From a bacterium (GTDB taxonomy: Bacteria; Moduliflexota; Moduliflexia; Moduliflexales; JAUQPW01), in contig JAUQPW010000004.1 of NCBI GenBank assembly GCA_030550175.1, forward strand, positions 21,211 through 85,210: a DNA stretch of 64,000 nt, given 5' to 3'. Numbering within the stretch: position 1 is the stretch's first letter; the number at the start of each line of letters is the position of its first letter. Of the stretch, positions 1-10,200 are shown in pieces. Under the pieces are notes generated by a model. The model worked only from the letters and a program-made list of their open reading frames with translations, did not search any database and was not told where the DNA came from. The translations under genes and the position numbers were made by a program.

Positions 1-1574
1 ATGTGGATGAACAGGAGCAATATGCAGCAATTGCCGCCTTGTTTAAAGTAGAAGAAAGAAAGAAAGACAAGCTATTTACAAAAATTTTTGATCTCACTTT
101 GAGTGTTGTAAGGGAAAATGCACCGCTTTTCACCGAAAACAATCCTACCCTCTCCAGAGCCATTACCACCTTTTTACAGGTTTTCCCAACCGATGTGACG
201 GCCCTCAGCAAAGATGAGATCTTCAAAGGGCTTTTAGATACCACCCTTAAAATCGCCGCCCATAATTCAAGTTTGTTTTTGGGCGATAATAAATTCGGCT
301 CGGTCATAAAGGCGGTTCTAAATCATGCTTCCAACAATATTACCGTAGCAACCAAGGGAAATTATCTGAAAGAGCTCCTCCAGGCAACCATCGATGGGGT
401 TTCTGAAGCCACCGGGCTGTGGATAAATAAAGTAGTTTTGCAAGATGTGATCACATCGGTTTTGGATGTCGTTTCGGTCAATCTCCGACAAGATGGTGTC
501 TTCCGAACCCAAACTCTGACGGATATTTTACAGATAACGCTGGATAGCATATCCCGTAATGCTTCATTGATGGTGGGGGAAGAAAACCTTGCCTCTATGG
601 TTCTGAGTTCGGTTCTTCAGGTTGCTAATCAAGATCTCAGCAAGCTATTGAATCCCAATAAAGCCCTGTTCTCGGATATTCTGAAAATTTCCCTTGAAAC
701 TATCGGAAAGAATTCAGCCGTATTCCTTCAAAATAAAGATGTTGTTTCCCAGGTTTTGAAGGGTGTTTTGCAAGCTGTGGAGGAGAATCCTGACGCGGCG
801 GTTAGTGGAGAGTTATTTAAACAGCTTTTTGTAACCTCTTTAACCGAGACCCTCCGAAATTTGCAGCTTATTCTCGGTCCTCGACCTATCCGAAAACCTG
901 GTAAAGGTGGTCGGCGACACGAGCCGGCTTCTTCTTCGGATTTCCAGCCTGATCTCCTGTCTCAGACGGTTAAATCGATCTTAAAGGCTCTTTCAGGTGC
1001 TGTTGCTCAATTTATAACCGAAGATCAAAAAACCCAGATAACCCAACTGGCCATGGGTATTGTCGCCAGAAATTCTGAAATTTTTGAACGCTATCCCCAT
1101 CTACTGGCCGATACTCTGTTGACGACTCTGGAGGCTATCTATCGGGGTTCAAACCGTTTAGTGGCCGGAGCTTTGTTAGAAGATACCGTCCGGTTAGCCT
1201 TGATTACCGCAGCCAGGAATCCGGGTTTGTATGATCAAGAGAAATTACTACTACCCGGAGTTCTCGATTCGCTATTTCAGGTAATCGCCGAAGATAAATC
1301 AACCTTGATTCGGGGAGATCTGTTGATGGATTTCGTACAAACCGCTTTAAAAATTGTTTCAACACGTCCGAAGGCCTTCCTTTCAGATAATAAATTGCTG
1401 TCCCGGACCTTAACTCTCACTCTACCGATTCTATCTGAGAAGTCAGAAGATCCTCTCACAGGAGAAAATATGGTACGGACTTTCACCCTGGTATTAGAGG
1501 CGGTTTCCAAAGAGCCGGATCTTATCCGAAAGAAGGATTTCAGGGCGTTTGTGATCGATTCTATGAAAGGATAA
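1..1574 (+). CDS. hypothetical alpha-helical repeat protein, probably 5'-truncated by the window edge
   Basis: Open frame of >520 aa from the window start; recurring amphipathic Leu/Val-rich helical units ending in xxN; no catalytic motif recognised. Confidence 0.7.
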   Translation, partial: VDEQEQYAAIAALFKVEERKKDKLFTKIFDLTLSVVRENAPLFTENNPTLSRAITTFLQVFPTDVTALSKDEIFKGLLDTTLKIAAHNSSLFLGDNKFGSVIKAVLNHASNNITVATKGNYLKELLQATIDGVSEATGLWINKVVLQDVITSVLDVVSVNLRQDGVFRTQTLTDILQITLDSISRNASLMVGEENLASMVLSSVLQVANQDLSKLLNPNKALFSDILKISLETIGKNSAVFLQNKDVVSQVLKGVLQAVEENPDAAVSGELFKQLFVTSLTETLRNLQLILGPRPIRKPGKGGRRHEPASSSDFQPDLLSQTVKSILKALSGAVAQFITEDQKTQITQLAMGIVARNSEIFERYPHLLADTLLTTLEAIYRGSNRLVAGALLEDTVRLALITAARNPGLYDQEKLLLPGVLDSLFQVIAEDKSTLIRGDLLMDFVQTALKIVSTRPKAFLSDNKLLSRTLTLTLPILSEKSEDPLTGENMVRTFTLVLEAVSKEPDLIRKKDFRAFVIDSMKG

Positions 1575-1578
1575 GAAA

Positions 1579-2865
1579 ATGAATCGAAGGGAATTTCTGA
1601 AAGCCACTGCTGCCACTGCAGCAGGAATGGTATTGGAAGCCGGTCAATCTTCCCTTTCCTTTCCGGCTATCTTAAAAGGAACCCAGCTCCACCTACTTCA
1701 GTGGAGTAATTTTATTTCCCAGGCGGACGTAGAACTTCAAAGACAGGCTGCCGACTGGGGAAAGCAAATGGGGGTAAAGGTGACCATTGAAACGATCAAC
1801 GCCAACGATCTCCAGGCCCGAATTGCAGCAGCCGTCGAGAATGGAATCGGCCCGGATATTATCCAGATGCTCCGAAACTGGCCTCACTTATATGCCGGTG
1901 GATGTATCGATGTAGATGATCTGGCGGAAGAAGTCAAAGCAACGTATGGAGGTCTTTACAAGTCCTTCGAGGACTACTGCATCGTTTCCGGTCATTATAA
2001 AGCCGTACCTTATCATGCGGGTTCAGGCTTGCATGTTTATCGAGAGGATTGGTTCCAGGAAGTGGGTGTGGAGGAATTTCCAGATACCTGGGAGGAATAT
2101 CATCGAATTGGAAAAGAGCTCAAGAGGCGAGGGCACCCCTTTGGACAGTCATTGGGCCACACTTTTGGAGATGCCCCGGGCTTTTGCCTGGATCTTTTAT
2201 GGGCCTTTGGGGGTAAAGAGGTAGAAGCCGATGGGAAAACCGTCGCCATTAACAGCCCGGAGAGTTTGCAGGCGGTGGAATTTATGGTAGAACTCTGGCG
2301 GGATGCCATGGATGAAACGGGTCTTTCCTGGGACGATACCAGCAACAACCGGGCCTTTTTAGCCGAGCAGATTTCCTGTACCCTTAACGGGGCCAGCATT
2401 TATCTGGTTGCCAAAAAGGATTATCCGGAGCTGGCCAGGAAAATCAACCATGGAAGGACTTTAAGAGGTCCGGCCGGAAGGTTTACCGGGATTTTAACCT
2501 TTGAGCACGCCATCATGAAGTATTCTAAAAATCAAGAGGCTGCTCGAGAGTTTTTACAGTTTCTCATGGCAAAGGAAAATTACTATAAATGGCTGGATGT
2601 GGCCCAAGGGTACCTCATCGGACCGGGTCCTGATCAGGAAAACCACCCCCTCTGGCAGAAAGATCCTAAAATGATCGGGTTTCGAGATGTAGGGCGGTAC
2701 AGTCGCTCCCTCGGTTATGCCGGACCACCTTCTCGTGCCGCTTCAGAGGCCATCTCAAAGTATATCATCGTAGATATCTTTGCAAAGGCCGTTCAGGGTG
2801 AACCGCCTAAAAAGGTTTTAGAATGGGCCGAAGCGGAACTACGGGAGATTTATGGGAGATCCTAA
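1579..2865 (+). CDS. ABC transporter substrate-binding protein (sugar-type), Tat-exported
   Basis: Twin-arginine signal NRREFLK; family-1 SBP motifs (GPDII, YREDWF, PDTWEE); no permease genes adjacent. Confidence 0.85.
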   Translation: MNRREFLKATAATAAGMVLEAGQSSLSFPAILKGTQLHLLQWSNFISQADVELQRQAADWGKQMGVKVTIETINANDLQARIAAAVENGIGPDIIQMLRNWPHLYAGGCIDVDDLAEEVKATYGGLYKSFEDYCIVSGHYKAVPYHAGSGLHVYREDWFQEVGVEEFPDTWEEYHRIGKELKRRGHPFGQSLGHTFGDAPGFCLDLLWAFGGKEVEADGKTVAINSPESLQAVEFMVELWRDAMDETGLSWDDTSNNRAFLAEQISCTLNGASIYLVAKKDYPELARKINHGRTLRGPAGRFTGILTFEHAIMKYSKNQEAAREFLQFLMAKENYYKWLDVAQGYLIGPGPDQENHPLWQKDPKMIGFRDVGRYSRSLGYAGPPSRAASEAISKYIIVDIFAKAVQGEPPKKVLEWAEAELREIYGRS

Positions 2866-2922
2866 AATCTCTTTTCTGAGAGTCATGAGAACCGGATAAA
2901 AAATCCATCAGAGTTTCTATTA

Positions 2923-3104
2923 CTTTGTAAAGTTAAATTTGAGTAATCATTTTGCCCTCACCCTCGGCCCCTCTCCCGAAGCTTCGGGAGAGGGTTACCG
3001 GGAAGCTGACCTGGAGATCCACCGGCTCCCCTCTCCCGCAGCGTGGGAGAGGGGCCGAGGGTGAGGGCCACTTAAAAGTCAAGCAAAACTAAGTAAACCA
3101 TATA
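2923..3104. repeat. composite palindromic intergenic repeat (CCCTCTCCC...GGGAGAGGG hairpins)
   Basis: Two hairpins; left end CTTTGTAAAGTTAA shared with 27546; right end CAAAACTAAGTAAAC shared with the 46826 and 58037 copies. Confidence 0.85.
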
Positions 3105-3213
3105 CAATTTTGTTTCCTGGGACGATTCTGTTTCCTGCTTTCCCGGCATTCTGTGCGGATTAATTTTTTTACCGCAAAGTTTGCAGAGAAGGTATAAAGG
3201 ACGCAAAGGCTTT

Positions 3214-3996
3214 ATGATAGCTTCCCGGCGGCATAATAAATTCTGGCTGGTCTATGTAGGTGTGATCATTCTCATTGCAGGATGTACCCCCAGAGAATTA
3301 ACGCGGGCCAGGGAGTTATTTAACCTGGCATCTGTATATCGTATAAATGGAGAGGACCCTCAGGCTGATCAGGCTTATAGAGAAGCCATCCTCTCTTTTC
3401 AAAAAATCATCGAGGAAGAAACCAGGGATCCAAAACATCCGGGAAATTTGCAGGTCCTGGCCCAGGCTTATGCTTTGCAAGCTTTTGCTTATATTGAGCT
3501 GGGGGAGTTCAAAGTGGCCGAAGAAACCATCCAACAGGGAAGCAGTATCCTGTTAAACGCAAATCCCCGGGAGCGGGAACTCTTCTATATCCTCAGTGGA
3601 ATCTTACAGACGGCCCAGGCTGCCAAGTTGAATGAAAAGGAAAAAGGCCGATTCCAGCAAAATGTAGTCGATCTTTACAAAGAAGCCGCCGCAACTTTTA
3701 AAGCCTTACTGGATATGCCGGGAGTTGAGCGGGATAGTGACATTGTGGCGTATGCACGGGAAGCGGAAGCCATCAGTTATGGAAATATTGCCGCCGAGTA
3801 CGAAGCCGATTTTGGGGTTAATAAAAATGTGAACTCGTTAAATAAAGCCATTGAATATTTACAGAAAGCGAAAGAAACCTGTGAACAACTTCTGGCTACG
3901 GCTTCGAATAAAAATAGACCTTATACCCAATATTTACTCCATCAGTATACCCGGGAGCTGGGACTAGCCAAGAGACGGAAGGAAAACATTTCCTAA
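3214..3996 (+). CDS. TPR-like lipoprotein
   Basis: Lipobox LIAGC after a hydrophobic stretch; TPR-like helices (AYALQAFAYIELGEFKVAEE, KAIEYLQKA); ATG at 3214 preferred to the upstream TTG. Confidence 0.7.
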   Translation: MIASRRHNKFWLVYVGVIILIAGCTPRELTRARELFNLASVYRINGEDPQADQAYREAILSFQKIIEEETRDPKHPGNLQVLAQAYALQAFAYIELGEFKVAEETIQQGSSILLNANPRERELFYILSGILQTAQAAKLNEKEKGRFQQNVVDLYKEAAATFKALLDMPGVERDSDIVAYAREAEAISYGNIAAEYEADFGVNKNVNSLNKAIEYLQKAKETCEQLLATASNKNRPYTQYLLHQYTRELGLAKRRKENIS

Positions 3997-5948
3997 CTTC
4001 GCCTGTAGAGTTTTCGCTTATCCCGAATTTCTAAAAGTTTAGGTAACGCTTGCTCGGCGGCCCTTCGACCGGCGTCGATAATTTCAGGTGCTCTTTTAAA
4101 GTCCTTCCAACTGAATCCGGTAACCTCGGGTGTGATGGTAAGATCTGCCAGAGTGGCTTTGGAAAGGCCTATCTCATGTTGCAATTTTTGGAATGATCTC
4201 ATGATAATATCCACCATCTTCCAATCTTCGGTTAGAGCCTCTTCCCGAATATTTTTTTCCATATCCCCGGAACCGGTGGAGAAGTACCGTCTGAGAGGGG
4301 ATAATGCATTAACCCCTACGGTAATATCGGCGCGCATTTCGATAAGGTGACTGACCGGAATGGGATTTATGTTAGAGCCATCTACAAAAGTTTTTCCTCC
4401 TATCTTTACAGGTGGAAACAGACCCGGTATGGCCATGGAAGCCTGAAGGGCATCCCATAAAGAACCCTTTTCAAAGGCAACGTCTTTTCCGGTTTCTAAC
4501 TCCAGGGTGATAATACGAAGGGGGATTTTTAACTGACCGAACGTCTTCAAGGGTCCCAGAAAGCTGGAAATGAGTTTGAGAACTTTTTTATTTGATAGGA
4601 ACCCTCCTTGAAAAATCCTGAAGTCCTTCAACGTACCCAGCTCATATTCATAGGGTAATCGGGAGGCGATCTCGATGAGATTTTTACTTCTGGCTCCCGA
4701 AGCATAAGCCGCTCCAATAATCGCTCCGGTGTTGGTGGCTGCTATCAGGTCTATGGGTATCTTATTCTGTTCCAGGACATCGAGAACCCCTATATGGGCC
4801 AATCCCCTCGCCGCAACCCCTCCCAGGGCGATACCCAACTTTAACCCGGTAATGTACCTAGCCAACCGATGAATAGCCTCACCGGTGGGATTATCTGAAG
4901 CTTTTTCAACGATCAACTCCCCGGCTTTATAAAACGGCTCCAGTAATTCAGGCTGCCAATCTATTATCAAAGGCGGTGTCCCTGTCAAGAAATCCTCCGT
5001 TGCATCGGGGTGTTGAGGGGTCTGGTAATATACGGTTATGACCTCCTGCTGATCGAACATATGGACCGGAGGTTCTTCCCCAAAGGGGATTAAAAGTACA
5101 ATTTTATCCGATAGATCTAAAGCCTCAAAGGTACCTTTTGTAATTTCCGGACCCGTATTTATTAAAGTATAGGTAAACTTCTCCTTGAGAAGAGATAAAA
5201 TCCGGGCTATTTTCTCTCGACCGATTTTCCCTTCTCTGAGAAATTCAGGGGATAAAGCTAATAGCTGTAAACCCGAGGGATGGGAAGTCAGCATCTTTTC
5301 TACGAGTTCCTGACCGATCTCTTCGTCCTTAATTTCTTTGTCCGGATCCAGCCTCAAAATCCTGACCAGGTTAGGATTCTTAAGGGAAAGATCCAAGACG
5401 GCGACCGAGGTTTCGGTTTGTTTCAAAATGCTGGCAGCCAGGTTACTCGTTAAGAAAGCGCCTTCTATTTCTTTTCGAGGGTGGTAAATGGCTATAATAG
5501 TGTGGGTTTTGGGGTTACGCTGGACGAGCCCTTTGGTCTTTAAGGAGATCCTTTGACTCAGGGTTCTAATGACATTGTGTAAGATCTTAGGTTCTCGATG
5601 ATAGATCTCTTCAAAAACTGCCTTAGGGATGATCAGGATCTCTGCATCGATGACCACCTCGGCGGTGACGGATCTGATTTCATGGGTAATAACCGAAGTC
5701 TCACCAAAAAAATCTCCGGCGTGCAGGTACATGAGTACCTCCGGTCGGCCTTGTTCATTTCGTTCGATGATTTTGACCTGTCCTGAGAGAATAAGATACA
5801 GAGCCTGACTGGGGTCTCCTTCTTTAAAGATGACAGCCCCTCGGGAGTAATATTTTTTCTCCAATTGAGGGAGAACTCTCCGGAGTTTTGATCCCTCCAC
5901 CCCTGTAAATAAGGCGCTCTTTCTCAGTTCTTGAAGGTTAAGCATCAT
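3993..5948 (-). CDS. cNMP-binding / ParA-MinD-like / patatin-like fusion with degenerate catalytic motifs
   Basis: cNMP cassette GDFFGE...RSVTA; middle domain NLAAS...VAVLDL...LINTGP; patatin-like ALGGVAARGLAHIGVL, ASMAIPGLFPP, FVDGS. Confidence 0.85.
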   Translation of the reverse strand: MMLNLQELRKSALFTGVEGSKLRRVLPQLEKKYYSRGAVIFKEGDPSQALYLILSGQVKIIERNEQGRPEVLMYLHAGDFFGETSVITHEIRSVTAEVVIDAEILIIPKAVFEEIYHREPKILHNVIRTLSQRISLKTKGLVQRNPKTHTIIAIYHPRKEIEGAFLTSNLAASILKQTETSVAVLDLSLKNPNLVRILRLDPDKEIKDEEIGQELVEKMLTSHPSGLQLLALSPEFLREGKIGREKIARILSLLKEKFTYTLINTGPEITKGTFEALDLSDKIVLLIPFGEEPPVHMFDQQEVITVYYQTPQHPDATEDFLTGTPPLIIDWQPELLEPFYKAGELIVEKASDNPTGEAIHRLARYITGLKLGIALGGVAARGLAHIGVLDVLEQNKIPIDLIAATNTGAIIGAAYASGARSKNLIEIASRLPYEYELGTLKDFRIFQGGFLSNKKVLKLISSFLGPLKTFGQLKIPLRIITLELETGKDVAFEKGSLWDALQASMAIPGLFPPVKIGGKTFVDGSNINPIPVSHLIEMRADITVGVNALSPLRRYFSTGSGDMEKNIREEALTEDWKMVDIIMRSFQKLQHEIGLSKATLADLTITPEVTGFSWKDFKRAPEIIDAGRRAAEQALPKLLEIRDKRKLYRRS

Positions 5949-5981
5949 TCCCCCTGTTCTCCTGGATAATGAAAAAACAGG

Positions 5982-6743
5982 TTAACGAATTCCACATTTC
6001 AATACGACCCAGCGGGCCGATTCCCCCTTTGGCATTTTTTCAGGGTCCGCACGCCCGAAGGAAAAAACTCCTTCTTCCCAATCTACAAGGGCTTGAAGGG
6101 CTTCAGTTCCTTCCAGCCTCCGTTTAGGAGAACTCGTCGTATCCACCAGAATCGCTTTGGTAACATCCCCGTACCGCAGGTGAAGGGTACCTGTTTGCTT
6201 CGTTCTGGGATTGGTCAAAGTCGCATATCCAGAGGCCCTTACCAGACTCAACATATGAAGGAGGGAAGGAAGATGTTCTTTGGCCAGATTGGCTACCAGG
6301 GAGGTGTGTTTACTCAAACTTCCTCCACCGAATCGAGAGAGTTGGTCTAGAGAGCTACGAAGTTCTCTGAGAAAATCCGAAAAAGCAGAGATATGGGTAG
6401 GTTTTACAAGATAGGTTATTTGCCCTTTGAGGGTATCTTTATCATCCTGGGTTAAACGGCCCTCTTCTAAAATAAACAGGACGGGGGTCTCCGGCTGGGT
6501 TCCTTTCAAGAGAGTCCTTACTTTATTTTGAAATTCTAAAGGGGAAATATCTCCCAAAATGTTACCATCTACCATTACGAGCTCTGGAGGTGATCCTTTT
6601 TCTTCCCGAGCTTGATGAACCAGAAGATGTAGAGCTGCCTCCGGCGAATCTATCCGGGTTACCGTATGATCGGCAAGCTCCAAAACAGGAATCAAATAAC
6701 CGTTTGTAGTAGGGTCTGAACTTATTAACAAAATTTTAGCCAT
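5982..6743 (-). CDS. response regulator receiver domain plus DUF4388/PatA-N-like domain
   Basis: KILLI...PELVMVD...YLVKP receiver; C-terminal LPSLLHML...SG...G.LHL..G...EAL..L..WEEGVFSF. Confidence 0.75.
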   Translation of the reverse strand: MAKILLISSDPTTNGYLIPVLELADHTVTRIDSPEAALHLLVHQAREEKGSPPELVMVDGNILGDISPLEFQNKVRTLLKGTQPETPVLFILEEGRLTQDDKDTLKGQITYLVKPTHISAFSDFLRELRSSLDQLSRFGGGSLSKHTSLVANLAKEHLPSLLHMLSLVRASGYATLTNPRTKQTGTLHLRYGDVTKAILVDTTSSPKRRLEGTEALQALVDWEEGVFSFGRADPEKMPKGESARWVVLKCGIR

Positions 6744-6878
6744 ATTCTAAAAGATAAAGTCTGATATCATGGATCCTAACCTCTGGATTAAGAGAAAGAT
6801 AAAATAAATAGAAAAATCGAAAAAAACATATCATGAGGTTTTATAACTTGTCAAATAAAAAGGCACATAAAAATTTCG

Positions 6879-6907
6879 TTGACAAGTCCGAGAAGAAATC
6901 CTATGCT
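6879..6907 (+). promoter_or_regulatory. sigma70-type promoter
   Basis: TTGACA-17 nt-TATGCT upstream of the kinase gene. Confidence 0.6.
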
Positions 6908-6994
6908 TGGAGGCATACTTCTAAATCATGGTCATTTTAAACCTCTCCGGTTACAGAGATTTTGAAATAAGGCAGCAAAAGCTTTTCGCATCTG

Positions 6995-8209
6995 ATGCAG
7001 GAGATAAAATCCATGAGAAACTCAAAAAAGAGTATCCTCATCGTCGAGGATGAAAAGTTGGTGCGATTGGTTTTGGAAAAAAAGCTGGAACAAGAAGGAT
7101 ACCATATCGTGACGGCTGCAAACGGGCAGGAGGCCATAGAGAAAATTCGACAAACGGAATTCGATCTGGTTTTAACAGACTTAAAACTCCAGGATATAAC
7201 AGGGTTGGAAGTTTTAGAAGAGGTTAAGAAAGTTTTCCCGGATACTATCGTGGTGGTCCTGACAGGATACGGGTCTATGAGCAGCGCCATTGAGGCTATG
7301 AGCAAGGGAGCTTACTATTATCTCAACAAACCCTGTTCCGATGAGGAGTTAAAGATTACCATTCGGAGGGGCCTGGAAAAAAGAGAAGCCGCCCAAGAGT
7401 TGAAGCAGAAGAATCTGGAAATACTGGAGACCAATAAAAAATTGGAGGAGACCTTAAACCAGCTCAGAGTCACGCAAAACCAGTTAGTTCAGGCCGAAAA
7501 GATGGCTTCTTTAGGTCAGCTTTTATCGGGAATCGCCCATGAGATCAATAATCCTCTGGCCGGAGTAATGGGTTATGCGCAGTTGCTCCTTAAAGATCCC
7601 GATCTGGAGGAAAAAGTCCGACAGGGTCTGGAAAAAATTAATAAAGAGGCGAATCGTATCAATAAAATTATCCAAAACCTTCTTCTCTTTACGCGGGGAT
7701 CTAAACCCATCAAACGGTCCCTTCAGATAAATGAGGTTCTTGAAAGTGTTTTGGAGTTACGAGCCGCCAGCTTGGCCCAAAACCACATCCAGGTTACAAA
7801 GAACTTAGCGCCTGGATTGCCTGAAATCCAGGGTGATTTTTATCAACTTCAACAGGCTTTTTTAAACATTGTAGATAATGCCGAAGAAGCCCTGCTGAAG
7901 TCCCAAAGACAAAAAAACTTATATATCAGCTCGGAATTAATTTCTAAACTTCCTCCAGATGAAATCCTTCTCCATCTTCCGCTCCCCTTTATTCGAGTCA
8001 CCTTATCCGATAATGGAGCCGGGATTCCGGAAACTCATTTAAAAAAGATTTTTGATCCTTTCTTCACCTCCAAAGAGGTAGGTAAGGGGATGGGACTTGG
8101 TTTAAGTGTCAGTTACGGAATTATTCAGGTCCACGGAGGTAAGGTAGATTTAATCAGCCAGGTGGATCAGGGAACTTCTTTTTTCGTCGAGATACCCCTC
8201 TCCCAATGA
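6995..8209 (+). CDS. hybrid receiver-histidine kinase (REC-HisKA-HATPase)
   Basis: ILIVEDE/DLVLTD/KP receiver; H-box IAHEINNPL; N, G1, F and G2 boxes (DNGAGI, FDPFFTSK, GMGLGLS). Confidence 0.92.
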   Translation: MQEIKSMRNSKKSILIVEDEKLVRLVLEKKLEQEGYHIVTAANGQEAIEKIRQTEFDLVLTDLKLQDITGLEVLEEVKKVFPDTIVVVLTGYGSMSSAIEAMSKGAYYYLNKPCSDEELKITIRRGLEKREAAQELKQKNLEILETNKKLEETLNQLRVTQNQLVQAEKMASLGQLLSGIAHEINNPLAGVMGYAQLLLKDPDLEEKVRQGLEKINKEANRINKIIQNLLLFTRGSKPIKRSLQINEVLESVLELRAASLAQNHIQVTKNLAPGLPEIQGDFYQLQQAFLNIVDNAEEALLKSQRQKNLYISSELISKLPPDEILLHLPLPFIRVTLSDNGAGIPETHLKKIFDPFFTSKEVGKGMGLGLSVSYGIIQVHGGKVDLISQVDQGTSFFVEIPLSQ

Positions 8210-8383
8210 ATTCGAGTAAAAACCTGTCCTGGCCTGTGGGATACTACCCAGCATGAAAATCCTGATCGATTAAATCGCCGGCGTATTCTTTTCAGTTCAG
8301 TCATACCGTTCCCCATCGACTACCTTGATCAAAAAATGTGGGTAATGGTTAGCTTTGCAAGTTGCATCCCACTACGGAGACAG

Positions 8384-8488
8384 GGCATTGTAAAGCTCAT
8401 TCGGTATAACTCCATCCCTCTCCCGAAGCTTGGGGAGAGGGGCCGGGGGTGAAGGCAAAGAGTTACACAGGATTAACTTTACAAAGCC
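8384..8488. repeat. MITE-like palindromic repeat
   Basis: Inverted ends GGCATTGTAAAG / CTTTACAAAGCC around a CCCTCTCCC..GGGGAGAGGG hairpin. Confidence 0.75.
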
Positions 8489-8572
8489 ATAATATAATCG
8501 GAAGCCGAGAGTTGGAAGTCAGAAGGAAAAACCCTTGAATTCTGATCTCTGACCCCCTGGCCTCTATCCATC

Positions 8573-9232
8573 ATGGACTTCAAGCAAAGTAAAGAAATTC
8601 TATCTAAACTCGATACGGCCTGCCTTTCCGATGCAAACAAGAATCTGAGGGTTCTGGACTCCGGAATACGTCCTATCCAATCGGGTTTAAAACTTATAGG
8701 TATTGCCCATACGGTTTCCTGCTACAATGATTTTTTGACGGTCATCAAGGCCCTTAAAGATGCGCAACCCGGAGAAGTTCTGGTGATCGATGGTCAAGGG
8801 GGCTCACGGGCCTTGGTCGGTGAGTTGTTTACCATGGAAGCCCTACGAAAAGGATTAGCTGGGATCATTATTGATGGGGCTTGTCGAGATACCTGGAGAA
8901 TTCGAACCTTACAGCTCCCGGTATATGCAAGATCTATCTCTCCCTTATCCGGTACCACCTCCCGAGTTTTTGATACCCAGATTCCTATAACCTGTGGAGG
9001 AGTTACGGTGAACCCCGGGGATATTGTTTTCGGAGATGAGGATGGGATTCTTGTCGCGAGCCTCGAGGAATTATCCGAAGCCCTGCCCATCGCTCAAGAA
9101 ATCCAGAGTAAAGAAGAGGTGATCTATAAACGGATGGATAAGGGCGAAAGCCTTCTGGATATGCTAAATTTTGATGAACATTATACAAAGGTGTGTGGCG
9201 GACAGAAAACTTCTTTGAAATTTATCCTTTAA
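8573..9232 (+). CDS. RraA family / HMG aldolase-like protein
   Basis: TACLSDA, GEVLVIDG, ALVGE, IIIDGACRD, VNPGDIVFGDEDG motifs. Confidence 0.88.
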   Translation: MDFKQSKEILSKLDTACLSDANKNLRVLDSGIRPIQSGLKLIGIAHTVSCYNDFLTVIKALKDAQPGEVLVIDGQGGSRALVGELFTMEALRKGLAGIIIDGACRDTWRIRTLQLPVYARSISPLSGTTSRVFDTQIPITCGGVTVNPGDIVFGDEDGILVASLEELSEALPIAQEIQSKEEVIYKRMDKGESLLDMLNFDEHYTKVCGGQKTSLKFIL

Positions 9233-9426
9233 CCTGAGCAGGAAATAGGGTAAGAATACTATCCCTGGCGGGGACAGCGCCTGACGAAACCGGTTTAGTA
9301 GGTTTTTACTTCCTCCCCCTGGAGGGATATAGGGGCTTTTGCAGCCGGTCAGTAGCCTGGGGAGGGTTTTGGGAATACCGGGGTCGAATCTTTATTTAAC
9401 CGCTCCTGGGGAGCTTGAGGGTTACC

Positions 9427-10200
9427 ATGCATCTTTATTATCAAACTTATGGAGAAGGCCATCCCTTGATCATTCTACATGGCCTTTTTGGTTCGCTGGA
9501 AAACTGGCACTCTCTAAGTAAGGTGTTTGGGGAATTTTTTAAGGTCTTCGCAGTGGATCAACGTAACCATGGTCGGTCTCCACACAGTGAAGTCATGAAC
9601 TATACCGTAATGGCCGAGGATATCCGGCAGCTTATGCAGGAGCAAAATCTTTCCTCCGCCCATGTACTGGGCCACTCCATGGGTGCTAAAACGGCTATGC
9701 AACTGGCGGTTACCTGTCCCGAAAGGGTGGATACCCTTGTGGTGGTGGACATGGCTCCCAGGGCTTATCCGCCCCATCATACGGAAATATTTAACGCCCT
9801 TTATTCGTTAAACTTAAAATCTTTCGGGACTCGTAAGGATGTAGATGAGGCCTTGACCGGAAAAATCCCGGACTTTTCTACCCGCCAATTCCTGCTTAAA
9901 AATTTAATACCCGATAAATCCGGCGGTTTTCGATGGAGAATAAATCTGGATGCTATTTATCGAAACTATGACGAACTCCTCAAGGGGATAGAGACAAACC
10001 GAAAGTTTGAGAAGCCGACCCTGTTCATCAAGGGTGGAAATTCTCCCTACATCCAGGATGAAGATCTATCACTCATCCGAAAAATTTTTCCCCTGGCTAA
10101 AATCCGGGTTGTGGAAGGTGTAGGACATTGGGTTCATGCAGAGGCTCCCCGGGAGTTTTCTAAAATTGTTTTAGATTTTTTGGAGGAAAACAACCTATGA
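9427..10200 (+). CDS. ybfF: alpha/beta hydrolase, YbfF-like esterase
   Basis: LHGLFGS, DQRNHGRS, nucleophile elbow GHSMG, C-terminal GHWVHAE. Confidence 0.85.
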   Translation: MHLYYQTYGEGHPLIILHGLFGSLENWHSLSKVFGEFFKVFAVDQRNHGRSPHSEVMNYTVMAEDIRQLMQEQNLSSAHVLGHSMGAKTAMQLAVTCPERVDTLVVVDMAPRAYPPHHTEIFNALYSLNLKSFGTRKDVDEALTGKIPDFSTRQFLLKNLIPDKSGGFRWRINLDAIYRNYDELLKGIETNRKFEKPTLFIKGGNSPYIQDEDLSLIRKIFPLAKIRVVEGVGHWVHAEAPREFSKIVLDFLEENNL

